A stretch of DNA of 64,000 nucleotides from Bdellovibrionales bacterium (GCA_965205365.1 CBDBGT010000011.1:36292-100291), one strand, 5' to 3'. Numbered from the stretch's first letter, positions 47,887 through 59,201 are shown. Translations and numbers: made by a program. The notes: generated by a model from the letters alone, not told the origin.

Positions 47887-49044
47887 ATGAGAATTTTAAT
47901 TTTTTTATCAATAGTAGTTTTTAGTATTTACGTAAATGCAGTAGGTTTATCTACCATGAAAATTTATGAAACAAGTCAAATTAAGAATGAAAATATTGAT
48001 ATGTGGGATAAAAAAAATCATGCAATTAAAAATGCTAAAAAAAAAGCAACATTAAATCTAGCAAAAAAAGTTTTAAAACCAGAAACTTTTCAAAAAGCAA
48101 AAGAACGCTTAGAAAAAGAGGTGGTTCCCCATTCAAGTAGATATCTAATTAGCTTTGTTGTGAAGTCACATGGTGTGGAAGAATCTGGTGATTTTAAGGC
48201 ATACTATGTTAATGTAGAATTTAAGTATTCTTTAAAAAATTTTAGAAATTTTTTAAAAGATAAAGGATTTCAAACTAGTGATTTAAAAAAACACAAGATC
48301 ATAGCTTTTATTGAAATTTTAGATGCTACAGATGTGAAATCATATAGATGGTGGGAGAGTAAGAATTTAGATATACACCCAATTATGATGTCTTTTCAAA
48401 CTAAACTTTTAGAGTCTTTAAAAGGAGAAGGGTACGAACTTATTCCAGTTCAAAGATTAAAAATCTTTGATGGGTTAAAAAATATAGCAAGTAGAATGGG
48501 TGCTCAGTATTATATTAGCGGATCATTAAAAATTAAAAAGAAAAATAATATGTATAAAGTAAATAGTGGTATTTTTAATTTTTATGAGGTTTTTTCTCAA
48601 AAACTTGTTTCAACTATAGATTTAAATAAATTTGGATATTTATTGGCAGAAAAAGAAGGTGAAAATAAAGAAGTTGTAAATGTTAAACCAAAAGAAAAAG
48701 ATTTATTAAAAAAGGCTTTTGTAAATGCAGCAAGAAAAATAAAAGCCTCTGAGAATATGCAACATTTAATAAGTTTAGGGTTGACTGAGGTTAGTTTTCA
48801 AGGAGTAAAGTCACCTTTAGAGCTTAAAAATGTTAAAGCTTTAATTCGATCAAATCTAAAAGGCAATCTTTCATCTTTAATTGAAAGGCATATTGAAAAT
48901 GGTAAAGTCATTTTTTATGTAAGAACTGTACTTACTCCACAAAGACTATTATCAGTTATGAATTCAAGGGCTTTTGGTTTAAAGGCTTATAAAGGAGTAT
49001 TACAAAAGGATGGAAAATCTTTGTTGTTTAGAACCATTTATTAG
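47887..49044 (+). CDS. Hypothetical exported protein
   Basis: Signal peptide, 385 aa, co-oriented in the operon. Confidence 0.7.
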   Translation: MRILIFLSIVVFSIYVNAVGLSTMKIYETSQIKNENIDMWDKKNHAIKNAKKKATLNLAKKVLKPETFQKAKERLEKEVVPHSSRYLISFVVKSHGVEESGDFKAYYVNVEFKYSLKNFRNFLKDKGFQTSDLKKHKIIAFIEILDATDVKSYRWWESKNLDIHPIMMSFQTKLLESLKGEGYELIPVQRLKIFDGLKNIASRMGAQYYISGSLKIKKKNNMYKVNSGIFNFYEVFSQKLVSTIDLNKFGYLLAEKEGENKEVVNVKPKEKDLLKKAFVNAARKIKASENMQHLISLGLTEVSFQGVKSPLELKNVKALIRSNLKGNLSSLIERHIENGKVIFYVRTVLTPQRLLSVMNSRAFGLKAYKGVLQKDGKSLLFRTIY

Positions 49045-49663
49045 AAAAAATAGTTATAAAAAATATTTTGGTGAAGAATGGCCTTTTTTAAAAAGTTTTA
49101 AAAATCAGTTAGAAAAGATTAAGAATGTTAGAGAAAATGAAGAGAGTATTTATATTCTCTCAGGTGTTCATACTTCTGTTTTTACGCTAGGAAAGTCATT
49201 AGAAAATAAAAAATCTTTAGGTGATAATTTTATACAAACAGATAGAGGAGGGCGTGTTATGTATCACGGCCCGGGTCAACTAACACTGTATTTTATCTTT
49301 AAATATCAAAAATATTTTTCAGGGCCTAAGGAGTACATTAAATTTCTTTTTGATATGTGTATTAAGCATTTGAAAAAAAAGCATAAAATAAATGTTTACC
49401 ATAAGGATAATGGTCTCTGGAATGAAGAAAATAAAAAAATTGGGTTTGTGGGGTTAAGGATTAAAAATGGTGTGTCCTATCACGGTATTTCTTTAAATTA
49501 TAATATTGATTTAGGAGCATTTTTAAAACACAGTCCCTGTGATATATTAGGTGATGAGGTAGGGAATTTGTTTAATAAAGAGGCTTTAAAACCTTTATTT
49601 AAAACAGAGGCTAATATTCTAATGAATGATTTTCTTAGAGGATTGACTTTAAGAGAGGCTTAA
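49010..49663 (+). CDS. lipB: Lipoyl(octanoyl) transferase
   Basis: H..VFTLG, DRGG..YHGPGQL, KKIG..G, HGISLN, PC motifs. Confidence 0.85.
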   Translation: MENLCCLEPFIRKNSYKKYFGEEWPFLKSFKNQLEKIKNVRENEESIYILSGVHTSVFTLGKSLENKKSLGDNFIQTDRGGRVMYHGPGQLTLYFIFKYQKYFSGPKEYIKFLFDMCIKHLKKKHKINVYHKDNGLWNEENKKIGFVGLRIKNGVSYHGISLNYNIDLGAFLKHSPCDILGDEVGNLFNKEALKPLFKTEANILMNDFLRGLTLREA

Positions 49664-49687
49664 TTAGGATGAATTTTTTTATTAAAA

Positions 49688-49764
49688 GAGCCTGTAGCTC
49701 AGTTGGTTAGAGTGCTACGTTGACATCGTAGAGGTCAGCAGTTCGAATCTGCTCAGGCTCACCA
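49688..49764 (+). tRNA. tRNA-Val (GAC)
   Basis: Cloverleaf: acceptor GAGCCTG/CAGGCTC, anticodon arm CTACG-TTGACAT-CGTAG, T-loop TTCGAAT, encoded CCA. Confidence 0.97.
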
Positions 49765-49944
49765 GTGGTTTTTAGGGTATATTAAACTTAATTTAAATAC
49801 AGGCTCATGAGAGCTTTAAAATCCTTGTTTTATAGGGGTTTTTTAAATATTAGATTTTAATTGCTTGAATTTTTTAAATAATTATAGCATTAAAAATATG
49901 CAGTTTTTGAGAAAGAAAAAAATATTAACATTTAACTTGAGGAG

Positions 49945-50796
49945 ATGGGTTTGGGAATAAAACAAAAGCTAAATATTACTTTAAAAGAATTCGGTATAAA
50001 CTCATTGATTAAATTATTACAGCTTAGTTTATTTTTTTTTCTTGCTTACACCCCATGGGTTCATGCTTTTGACAATTTTGTTCTAAAAGAATTAGAAATA
50101 AGGACCTTTCAATCTTTTTCATCAATGTGTTATAATTATTCAAAAGATTTGCCTACTTCACCAGACACATTTAAGTGTCGACGAAGTTTTGATAGCCTTT
50201 ATGTTGATGGTCGTATTGAGGGTGTTATGCTAGATGAGATGGCTTTATGGGGAAGCTCTAAAGGGTATATTTTTCCAGGCCAGCTTCCCCTAAAAAAAAT
50301 CTATTTAAATTCTAAAGGTGGAGTGATGTTTAATCACAAGGGGAACTCCGTTACTACTGTAGACATTATTAAATTTATTAAAGAAAAAAAACTAGAAACC
50401 TATGCTGGAGCAGAATGTAAGAGTGCTTGTGTTCCAATATTTACGTCAGGTTTAGTTAGAAAGGCATCACCGAAGACAAGGTTTATGGTTCATAACCCAA
50501 GGCTTAGTGAGGCTCATCTTCTTTTTTTACAAAGTAAATGTGGAGATTTATTAGACTTAGAATCTTGTCGAGAAGAAATGGCTAAGATTCAAGCTATTCA
50601 GATTGTGGATATGGATTTATATTTTGATCTTCTTGAATATGACGGGGTGTCCATGACTTTAAGAAGAGATTATTTAGCTGGAAAAAAAGATAGCCAAGCT
50701 CCTTTAAAGGGTAATCTAATTGGAATTAGAGATTTATATTTTGATGGGCAAGCAGCATTAAATTACGGTGTGGCATTAGAGCTTTTTAAAGACTGA
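49945..50796 (+). CDS. Exported ClpP/crotonase-like hypothetical protein
   Basis: LNSKGG, ECKSAC...F.SG..R, FMVHNP motifs. Confidence 0.6.
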   Translation: MGLGIKQKLNITLKEFGINSLIKLLQLSLFFFLAYTPWVHAFDNFVLKELEIRTFQSFSSMCYNYSKDLPTSPDTFKCRRSFDSLYVDGRIEGVMLDEMALWGSSKGYIFPGQLPLKKIYLNSKGGVMFNHKGNSVTTVDIIKFIKEKKLETYAGAECKSACVPIFTSGLVRKASPKTRFMVHNPRLSEAHLLFLQSKCGDLLDLESCREEMAKIQAIQIVDMDLYFDLLEYDGVSMTLRRDYLAGKKDSQAPLKGNLIGIRDLYFDGQAALNYGVALELFKD

Positions 50797-50889
50797 TATT
50801 AAGCTACACTAAATAAAATTAATGGATTTTATGTTGGCAAATTGAGTCCTTTTGTTTAGAATATCGAAAGTATAACAAAGGGGAATAGT

Positions 50890-52386
50890 ATGTCTTTTAT
50901 TGAAGATTTAAGTAATCAATTTTTAATTTTTACAGAGGATCATATGATTAATATGGTTATTGCTCTAGTTTGTCTAGTTACTGGGATAGCTTTAATATGC
51001 GTAGCAGTATTGATATTAAAAAAGTTTATTTTCCCAATGTTAAAACTGAATCACTATTTTAGTAAACTTATGGGAAGAACTGAGCCATTATTTAATTTAG
51101 AGAAATTTTTAATAAGAATATTTTTTATAGTTTCTGCGCTTACTATTTTTGCGTTAGCAGCTCAATTTGCTCAAGTAGATTATTTTGTCGATCTTTTTGA
51201 TAATATTTTTGCTTGGATTGGGACATTGGCTGTTTTAGCTTTAAACGCATTAAGGCCCATAGCGTTAGCACTTATATTTTCTTACTTAGTTCGCGGGGGG
51301 ATTATCTGGTTTGGACAGAAGGTAAAATTAGATGATCTTTTAGGACAAAAACTTACTGGTGATGTTATTTCGTTTAGTTTAACAAAGAGTGTATCAGAAA
51401 TAGCCTACGGTGTTGTATTTTTATATTTTCTCCCTGAGATTCTTAAAGGGATTGGGTTGGAGCAGTTAAGTGGCCCGATTACAAAAATGTTTGAAGAAGT
51501 CGTGTCTTTTTTTCCAAGGCTTATTGTTGCAGGGATTATAGTTTTTCTTGGTTGGTTTGCTGCTAAACTTGTTAGGCAAACAGTTGAAAGTTTATTAGCT
51601 TCAATGGGTGTTGATGGTGCTGTTAAAAGGGTATTTGGTGATAATGTCTTAGGTGCTTTAAAAATTTCTAAAATTATACCTACAATTATATACGTATTTA
51701 TTATGGTTTTAGCGGTTATTCAGGCACTGGGAAAATTAAAACTTGAAACCTTAACCGCACCAATTGAAAAGCTTTTAAACTCTACAGTTCAAGGCTTGCC
51801 TACGGTAGTTTTTGCTGTGTTTTCAGTTTTAGGTGCTGTGTATATTGGAGGTGTTATTTCTAATTTTGTATCAGGGCTTTTAAGAGATATTGGTTTTGAC
51901 AATATTTACAAAAAACTTGGCCTGTCAGATATTAAAGCAGGTGCTAAAACTCCATCAGAAATTATTGGCTTCCTCGCTTCTGCAACTTTAGTGATTGTTA
52001 TCACCACACAGGCTTTAGGGAGTTTGGGGCTTAATAATTTATCCGAAATTTTAAATACACTTATATATAGATTTATTGATGTGATGATAGGTGTGCTGGT
52101 TTTTGGTATTGGCCTTTATGTGGCTAGGAATGTTTCTGCTTGGGTTGAGCAAGCTACTCAAGTACACTATGCTAAATTTTTAGCACTCATCTCTAAATTT
52201 GTAATTATTGTTATTTCTGGAGCTATGGCCCTTCAACAAATTGGAATTGCGGATGAGATTGTTAAAATAGCTTTTACTCTTGCTATGGGGTCTATTGCTT
52301 TAGGAGCTGCAATAGCAGTAGGATTAGGCTCTAAAGATGTAGCTGGTGAAATAGCAAGAGACTTTGTTTCTAAACTTAAAAAATAA
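50890..52386 (+). CDS. Multi-TM mechanosensitive-channel-associated (CmpX/TM_helix repeat) protein
   Basis: Repeated P.L..A..I...GW..A helices; ends ALGAAIAVGLGSKDVA. Confidence 0.75.
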   Translation: MSFIEDLSNQFLIFTEDHMINMVIALVCLVTGIALICVAVLILKKFIFPMLKLNHYFSKLMGRTEPLFNLEKFLIRIFFIVSALTIFALAAQFAQVDYFVDLFDNIFAWIGTLAVLALNALRPIALALIFSYLVRGGIIWFGQKVKLDDLLGQKLTGDVISFSLTKSVSEIAYGVVFLYFLPEILKGIGLEQLSGPITKMFEEVVSFFPRLIVAGIIVFLGWFAAKLVRQTVESLLASMGVDGAVKRVFGDNVLGALKISKIIPTIIYVFIMVLAVIQALGKLKLETLTAPIEKLLNSTVQGLPTVVFAVFSVLGAVYIGGVISNFVSGLLRDIGFDNIYKKLGLSDIKAGAKTPSEIIGFLASATLVIVITTQALGSLGLNNLSEILNTLIYRFIDVMIGVLVFGIGLYVARNVSAWVEQATQVHYAKFLALISKFVIIVISGAMALQQIGIADEIVKIAFTLAMGSIALGAAIAVGLGSKDVAGEIARDFVSKLKK

Positions 52387-52439
52387 AAAAGGTTAATAGT
52401 TTTTAATAGTTATAAAATTAAAAAATCGTAACCTAAAAG

Positions 52440-53192
52440 TTACGATTTTTTAATGAGTTCTTTAATAAAATCTTTTTGTTCTCTTAAATGATTAGGTATT
52501 TGATATCCTGGCTTAATTAAAGAAGTTATAAAATTCTTAGCTTTAACAAGCTTATTTTGAGCAATATATAAATCTACTAAAGCTTGAACTACAGTAGTTT
52601 GATATATTTCAGGATCATTTTTAATAAGTTTTAAAAAGACTTTCTCAGCATTGGCAAGGTTTTGAGTTTGGCTTAAAGATTTTCCATAGGAAAATAAAGT
52701 GACTTGGTCCTCTCCTCCACCTAGAAAATATTTTTTTAAATATGTTGTGCTATCAGCAAATCTTTTTTGTCTAAATAAAAGCATGCCCATTTTTTTATTT
52801 GCATCGATATTATCAGGATATTTTTTGAGAAAAATATCATACATTTCTGCAGCCTGAATGAAAAAATTCTTTTCAAAAGACATGTCACCTAAAGAGAGTG
52901 CCTGATCTGGAGAAATGGTTCCAAAGACTCTAGAGATTTCTAAAGGTGTGACTTTAATAGATTCTTTTCCCCATTTTGCTGTATGAATAAAGCTGGTTAT
53001 TAACAGAAGAGAAAAACCTATTATAGTATAGTTAGAGGCTTTGTTTTTTTTATACTCAAATTTAGTTCGAGACATACTTTTGGTATATCCACACGTACAA
53101 ACCACCATTTCTTCATCCATACGTTCTGCTGGTATCAGTATTTGACAATCAGGGCAAATTTCTTGTTGTAGCATAGTGTACTCCTTTGACAT
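52440..53192 (-). CDS. Zn-ribbon + TM + TPR protein
   Basis: CPDC...CTCG, one hydrophobic helix, TPR-like helices. Confidence 0.7.
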   Translation of the reverse strand: MSKEYTMLQQEICPDCQILIPAERMDEEMVVCTCGYTKSMSRTKFEYKKNKASNYTIIGFSLLLITSFIHTAKWGKESIKVTPLEISRVFGTISPDQALSLGDMSFEKNFFIQAAEMYDIFLKKYPDNIDANKKMGMLLFRQKRFADSTTYLKKYFLGGGEDQVTLFSYGKSLSQTQNLANAEKVFLKLIKNDPEIYQTTVVQALVDLYIAQNKLVKAKNFITSLIKPGYQIPNHLREQKDFIKELIKKS

Positions 53193-53370
53193 TTATTGTT
53201 TCTATACATTGTAAGGTAAAGCAAAATCGGGGCATGGCTGTAATACTGCTAGTTTTGAGTTGAACAGTGCTAGTATGAAGGTTTTTCAAAAATAGGTATA
53301 AAAAATGTTACTTATTTACCCTCTTCGTAAAAGATCAGGGTTTAGGCACATTGTTAAAATAGTTGTGCAG

Positions 53371-53410
53371 GGCGTTGTTGCACATGAAGCCACTGTTTTT
53401 GTGATTTAAA
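53371..53410. mobile_element. Isolated IS903-group terminal sequence
   Basis: ggcgttgttgcacatgaagccactgtttttgtgatttaaa closely matches the reverse complement of 6055-6094. Confidence 0.7.
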
Positions 53411-53589
53411 AGGGTTTAATTTCCCTCTACTCTTGGTAAAAAAAACCTTCAAAAACGAGAATGGTGGAGGAGAAACTTTATACTTGGTGTGTAGTGATTT
53501 AAGCCTTCATGGAGCCAAGACTTCTCTCAAACTTAAAAAACTCACCAGAAAGTTCATTTGTGGCATCATCAATGGCTACAATTAGACAA

Positions 53590-55658
53590 GGCTTCTCCTC
53601 AATTCTAACAACCCCACTTTATCCACTGGTATTGACAAACCAGCTTCAAAGCCTTTAAGGCAACCAGTGATGGCTTTAAAAGAAGTTAAAACTAGAAAAG
53701 CAAGAGCAATAAAAAGTCTAACTAAGAAGCTGTTTGAAAAGTCTAATTTGACTTGATTTAATAAGGCAAGAACTTCAAGGAAGAGGTAAAAATGTCTATT
53801 AAAAAAGGTTACGGAAGCGATTTAACAGATACTCAGTGGGAACAGCTCAAAAAATATTTACCAAAAGCAAAATCTGGAGGTCGACCAAGAGAAGTTGATC
53901 TTAGAGAAATAATGAACGCAATATTTTACATCAACAAAACAAGCTGTCCGTGGAGGTGGCTGCCAAAGGACTACCCACCGTGGCAAACAGTATATTCGTA
54001 TTTTAGAAGTTGGCGTCTTTCAGGGGCCTGGGAAAAAAATCAACTCCCAATTGAGCAAGTACTTGAGGAAAAAAGAGGGAAGAAATTCAACACCCTAAGG
54101 GGCCTGGCATGGACTTTCAGTCTGTGAAGACTACTTCTGTGGGAGGAATAAAGGGCTACGATGGTGGGAAAAAGGTGGTTGGCCGCAAACGCCACATTCT
54201 AGTGGATACTTTGGGGTTCATAATGACAGTGGTTGTACATGTAGCTGACATTCAAGATAGAGATGGTGGATTTTAGTTTTACAAAATATCATTTCAAGGT
54301 TTTCAAGTTTAAAATTGATTTAGGTAGATGGCGGTTACCGTGGGGACTTCATTCACTTTGCTAAAACTCTTTTCAGCCGTACCCTTGAGGTGGTTTTACG
54401 AACCGACAAGGATCCAGGATTTAAGGTTGTTAAAAAACGTTGGATTGTTGAACGAACTTTTGCATGGCTAGGAAATTATAGAAGGCATTCTAAAGATTAT
54501 AAAAGGCTGGCAGAATCAAGTGAAGCTATGATTTATATTTCTATGATTCATTTCATGGTCAGGAGAATTTAGACTTTTCAAACAGCTTCTAACATAACAC
54601 CAGAGCATGAGGAGGAAATAAATTGAACTATAAAAGATTTAGCAAGTTTTCGTATAAACCTTGATATAGCTAAAGTCGAGGGTCAGCAAGGGGCTCACTT
54701 AACAGCTTTAGAAGCCAACTTCACTCAAAAGCAAGAGGGGTTACTCCAGTATTTAGAACAACATAGAATTATGACACAGTCTGAATTAATGGAAAAAATA
54801 AGAAGCCATATTCGCCATATACAAAAAAATCAAACTACTGAGAAAAGATCAGAAGAAAGACGCCAAAAGAAACAAGAACAAAAAACCAAAGAAGCAATTA
54901 TTGATGGCAATCGTATGGTTTTTCACCCTATTAAGCCAGGTAAATTCACTATGGGTGATAAAGACACCTGGATGTTTGAAAGTGAAATCACTAAACCCTT
55001 TGATATGATGGCCACTAAAACCACACAAGTTATTTGGAGAAAAGTAACACAACTCGCTCAAAAAGAGTTTGGAGATAAATATAAAGAATTAATCTTAGAC
55101 CCATCGCGTTTTAAGGGAGATCTTAAGCCTGTAGAGGTGGCCTTTAGAGATGTTGACTTGTGGATCAGTGCTTTAAACGAACTGTCACAAAATGGTCATA
55201 CTGGTCTTAAAGGAGTTATTCTAAGCCATAAGCAGGGTCATACCTACAGGCTTCCCACAGAGCCTGAGTGGGAGTTTGTTGTTAAAGGGCGAGGACAGTA
55301 TAATGAAACCTACCATTTTGGTAGCAACAAGTCTGACTTAGTAGAATATGCTTGGTTTGCTGAAAATTCTTAAAAGCAAACCCATGAGGTTGCACAGAAA
55401 AAGCCTCTGGTTATTAATGGTAAAGAATTTTACGATATGTATGGAAATGTTTTGGAATTGACAGGAACCTGGCAGGATGATTATCCGACCTCACCACAGG
55501 TGAACTGGAATGGCCCTAGTAGTGGCTTCTTCCGTGTGGTGCGCGGCGGTAGCTGGTTCAACTTCGCTGAGAACGTGCGGTCGGCAAGTCGTGACTTCAG
55601 GTGGCCGAGTAATCGTGAAGATTGGATTGGGTTCCGCCTTGTGAGGACTGTCCATTAA
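53590..55658 (+). pseudogene. FGE-sulfatase (SUMF1/C-type-lectin fold) protein pseudogene, IS-interrupted with in-frame stops
   Basis: F.MG, YRLPTEPEWE, DMYGNV.E, RVVRGGSW, GFRLV motifs. The frame joins across the IS once the TAA duplication is removed. TGA near 54624; TAA at 55371. Confidence 0.85.
53726..54589 (+). mobile_element. IS5-family (IS1031/IS427-type) element with a degraded transposase
   Basis: Perfect IRs gaagctgtttgaaaagtctaa / ttagacttttcaaacagcttc; TAA duplication; Y.SDLTD.QW, WRWLP.DYP and RWIVERTFAW in broken frames. Confidence 0.93.
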
Positions 55659-55736
55659 CCATTATGTTAAGTTGTTCATTTAATATTTCATTCTTTTAAA
55701 ACACAATCGTATTTACTCCACATAACACTTTGCTCA

Positions 55737-55900
55737 ACATAAGCTCTCTGACACTGCTATTGTGAGCTTGGACTTAATGTAAGCTTTAATATTTATTTTG
55801 TATTTTTTAATAATTTTTGCAAATTTCGAAAATGAATTAAGTTTTGACCCTTAAACCAGTAAATACCACTTAACTAAAAGTTTTCTAAATTCTTTAATTA
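55737..55900 (-). mobile_element. Degenerate ISL3 transposase fragment
   Basis: IKEFRKLLVKWY..*GSKLNSFSKFAKIIKKY...YIKSKLTIAVSESL aligns with the intact ISL3 C-terminus in this window. Confidence 0.7.
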
Positions 55901-56015
55901 TTAACTTTTCATCCATTTTACTTCTTTCCTTCCAGGCCATTTTAAGTGCCTCCTTTCTAGGAAAGTGTAAACCATGTCTCGGGTATAAAATGTAAACTAT
56001 GTGTTAAGACGGACA
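55900..56015 (-). mobile_element. IS481-family left end; second copy at 58500-58615
   Basis: Minus strand begins TGTCC..., has internal gtttaca repeats, then RBS aaggagg and MAWKERSKMDEKL. Confidence 0.7.
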
Positions 56016-56085
56016 TTTCTGCTTGTTTATTCTGCTCCAAAAGTCTAATGAACATAGGCAACTAAACTAGACTTTAGGAGGTCAC

Positions 56086-57945
56086 ATGAAACAGTTTTTA
56101 ATTCTTGGTATGATTATTTTTTTTGGAGCTACACAAGGTTTTGCTCATATACCTGAAGTAGATGCAGATAAAATTACAGAATGTAGGAATATTTTAATAA
56201 CCTGAGTTCGGCGATCTAAGCTACTATCAGAGCGGTGTTTATCAATTTTTGTTCTTCTGCGCTCCAGTTGATTCTTGGTTTTTTTTCTTGAAATGTATAC
56301 GCTACAAGCCCTGCAATTATATTAACCATGGCGTTTGTAGGACTACGGTGTCTAGAGTGCTCTACTTGAGAAATATTTTTAAGCTGATCATTTATGGTCT
56401 CAATAACTGAGCGCTTTCGTAAAAGAATTTTATCCTCCATTTCCATCAACCTATTCTTCATGCCTTTTCTGACGGAAGTGATCAGTTTGACCCCATTTTC
56501 AAAAAGCTCATTAAATAACTTTTTTGAAATATAACCTTTATCAGCAAACAGCTTTCCCCATAAACCCTCTGCCAACTTAGGAACAGGTTTTCTGTCATCA
56601 ACATTGCCAGCTGTAATCTGTGCAGATAACAAATGGCCAAACTCATTGGTGACAATGTGAAGTTTAAATCCAAAAAACCAACCCATTGTAGACTTTCCAA
56701 CTGCAGCTATGTCTTTGAAAACTTTATTCCTTTTAATGCGTTTATTTCTACATACTCTCAGAGGTGTAGAGTCGATAAAATTGATTCCTGTTGACTTTAC
56801 AAACCGTGATTTTAAAAAAGAACAAAGAGGTATGAGTGCTGAGGGGATAAGCTCTACAAATCTTGTGTAGCTTACCAAATAAGGGAAGTCCCCTTTGTGA
56901 TAAGCTCTCAAGTGTAGATAGAATTGCTTGAAGGTTCTAAATCCACATGGGTGAAATAGAATTAAAATTGATATAACTTCACTTATTGCTAGATTTGAGG
57001 GCGTACCTCTAAAAGGCTTTCGATTTTCTAAGGCTTGTTTTTTATAAACATTTTCATAATGCATACAAAAATCATCGACAGCGCAAAAAACAGTGGTAAG
57101 CTTATCTTGAGTCATAAAATTCCTTTTTAAAATTGCCGTCATTGGCGTTTTTGTTTGAACTAAGGATTTTATGGCTTTTTTTGTTTTCTGGGATTGCAAG
57201 GGGCGTCAAAAACTTTAAACACTTATTTTATAAAGAATGTAACGCCGAACTCAGGTTAATAGATTCCATTACTCGCAATAATATAAAAGGCCTTGAATTA
57301 TTTTTCAGTGAACAAACTAATTGCAGCAATATCTTTAGTATTGATGCTGATATTGATGGTAAAACAGCTCTTATATGGGCTTCAGAGCATGGCTACACTC
57401 AACTTGTAAAAGCATTAATTGAAAATGGGGCTGATGTAAATATTCAAAATAAATATAAATACACAGCTCTTCTATGGGCTTCATTGGAGGGTCACACTAA
57501 AATTGCAAAAGCGTTAATTGACGCTGGGGCTGATGTAAATATTCAAAATAAATATAAATACACAGCTCTTCTATGGGCTTCATTGGAGGGTCACACTAAA
57601 ATTGCAAAAGCGTTAATTGACGCTGGGGCTGATGTAAATATTCAAAATAAATATAAAGAGACAGCTCTTATATTGGCTTCATGGAAGGGTCACACTAAAA
57701 TTGTAAAAGCGTTAATTGACGCTGGGGCTGATGTAAATATTCAAAATAAATATTATAAATACACAGCTCTTATATGGGCTTCATGGAAGGGCCACACTAA
57801 AATTGCAAAAGCGTTAATTGACGCTGGGGCTGATGTAAATATTCAAAATAAAAATAAAAACACAGCTCTTATATTGGCTTCATGGAGGGGTCACACTAAA
57901 ATTGTAAAAGCGTTAATTGACGCTGGGGCAGAGAGACAGGGGTAG
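56086..57945 (+). pseudogene. Secreted ankyrin-repeat gene (6 repeats) interrupted by IS982
   Basis: AGGAGG RBS, MKQFLILG signal peptide. Removing the IS and one taata restores ECRNILIDSITRNN in frame, matching the paralogue ECKNILTDSITHNN. Confidence 0.92.
56200..57256 (-). mobile_element. IS982-family element, apparently intact (transposase ORF 56216..57199, real start probably internal)
   Basis: IRs acctgagttcggcg / cgccgaactcaggt; 5-bp duplication taata; IDSTP, GWFFGFKLH, ADKGY, KRSVIET, EHSRHRS motifs. Confidence 0.95.
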
Positions 57946-57980
57946 ATTACTGTAAAAACAAAGAAATAAAAAACAACAGT

Positions 57981-58312
57981 TATGAAAGGTAGGAGTAATA
58001 CTTCTCATATTTTCACAAACTTCTTTTGCAAGTTACTATTGCGAGGCATTCTGCGGTGGACTCGATGATGTGAATGTTGATCAAGGTGGAACATTTTATT
58101 ATCGTATTTATAAAAGAGCTAAGTATATTGCTTACCCTATTTGGGGGGAGGGAGGAAGTAAAACCAAAGCCTTTCGCCAAATGAAAAAAGAATGTAGAGT
58201 TTATTCTAAAAGATATATTTTACATTATGGTTTTATTGGTGATTACACTTATGAGACACATACAGGTTTAATTGTTTCAGGTAATTTACGAGGAGCCTCT
58301 CCAGAGTTATAG
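57981..58312 (+). pseudogene. Small exported Cys-containing protein, frameshifted at its start
   Basis: The frame of ORF 58070..58312 extends upstream as VGVILLIFSQTSFASYYCEAFCGG; the nearest ATG is out of frame. Confidence 0.4.
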
Positions 58313-58426
58313 AAAACTCAATGCGTGTAGCTCCCACTCCCTACAAGGAAATAACGTCTAGAAAACGCTAAGTGTAGCTATGTGCATATGCTGGTACAAC
58401 AAAAATAGCCTTATATCATAGTCTTG

Positions 58427-58449
58427 GACAGTTTCCCTTGGTAATGACA
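58427..58449. repeat. 23-bp IS end, perfect inverted copy of 59786-59808
   Basis: gacagtttcccttggtaatgaca / tgtcattaccaagggaaactgtc. Confidence 0.85.
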
Positions 58450-58685
58450 TGGACAGTGAGCCTCCACTTACCCACAGATTTTACTGAAGAGGCATAAATA
58501 TTAACTTTTCATCCATTTTACTTCTTTCCTTCCAGGCCATTTTAAGTGCCTCCTTTCTAGGAAAGTGTAAACCATGTCTCGGGTATAAAATGTAAACTAT
58601 GTGTTAAGACGGACATTTCTGCTTGCTTATTCTGCTCCAAAAGTCTAATGAACATAGGCAACTAAACTAGACTTTAGGAGGTCAC

Positions 58686-59201
58686 ATGAAACAGTTTTTA
58701 ATTCTTGGTATGATTATTTTTTTTGGAGCTACACAAGGTTTTGCTCATATACCTGAAGTAGATGCAGATAAAATTACAGAATTTACAGAATGTAAAAATA
58801 TTTTAACAGATTCCATTACTCACAATAATATAAAAGGCCTTGAATTGTTTTTCAGTGAACAAACTAATTGCAGCAATATCTTTAGTATTGATATTATTGA
58901 TCCTGATATTGATGGTAAAACAGCTCTTATGCGGGCTTCAGAGCGTGGCTACACTAAAATTGCAAAAGCGTTAATTGACGCTGGGGCTGATCTGAATATT
59001 CAAGATGAAGATAAAAACACAGCTCTTATATGGGCTTCATGGCAGGGTCACATTCAACTTGCAAAAGCGTTAATTGACGCTGGGGCTGATGTAAATATTC
59101 AAGGTGAAGATAAATACACAGCTCTTGCACGGGCTTTAGTGGAGAACCACGATGAAATTGCAAAAATGTTAATTGACGCTGGGGCAGAGAGACAGGGGTA
59201 G
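58686..59201 (+). CDS. Secreted ankyrin-repeat protein (3 repeats)
   Basis: RBS aggagg, signal peptide, TAL..AS..G...IAKALIDAGAD repeats. Confidence 0.92.
   Translation: MKQFLILGMIIFFGATQGFAHIPEVDADKITEFTECKNILTDSITHNNIKGLELFFSEQTNCSNIFSIDIIDPDIDGKTALMRASERGYTKIAKALIDAGADLNIQDEDKNTALIWASWQGHIQLAKALIDAGADVNIQGEDKYTALARALVENHDEIAKMLIDAGAERQG

Larger units (their letters stand above)
55900..58151 (+). repeat. Segmental duplication (IS481 end + ankyrin gene + downstream ORF start); second copy at 58500-59407
   Basis: About 280 bp upstream/N-terminal and about 230 bp downstream are nearly identical; ankyrin repeat number differs. Confidence 0.92.

Noticed and set aside
49688-49800. tRNA-Val as an island integration site
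   Set aside because: No integrase and no duplicated tRNA 3' end were found in the window.
55371-55373. Stop-codon reassignment or readthrough at the shared TAA
   Set aside because: TAA terminates many normal genes here, and the same gene has other stops and an IS insertion.
55645-55672. dif/Xer-like site (ttatgttaagt resembles a XerD arm)
   Set aside because: No convincing XerC arm at 6-bp spacing, and the second copy has a mismatch.
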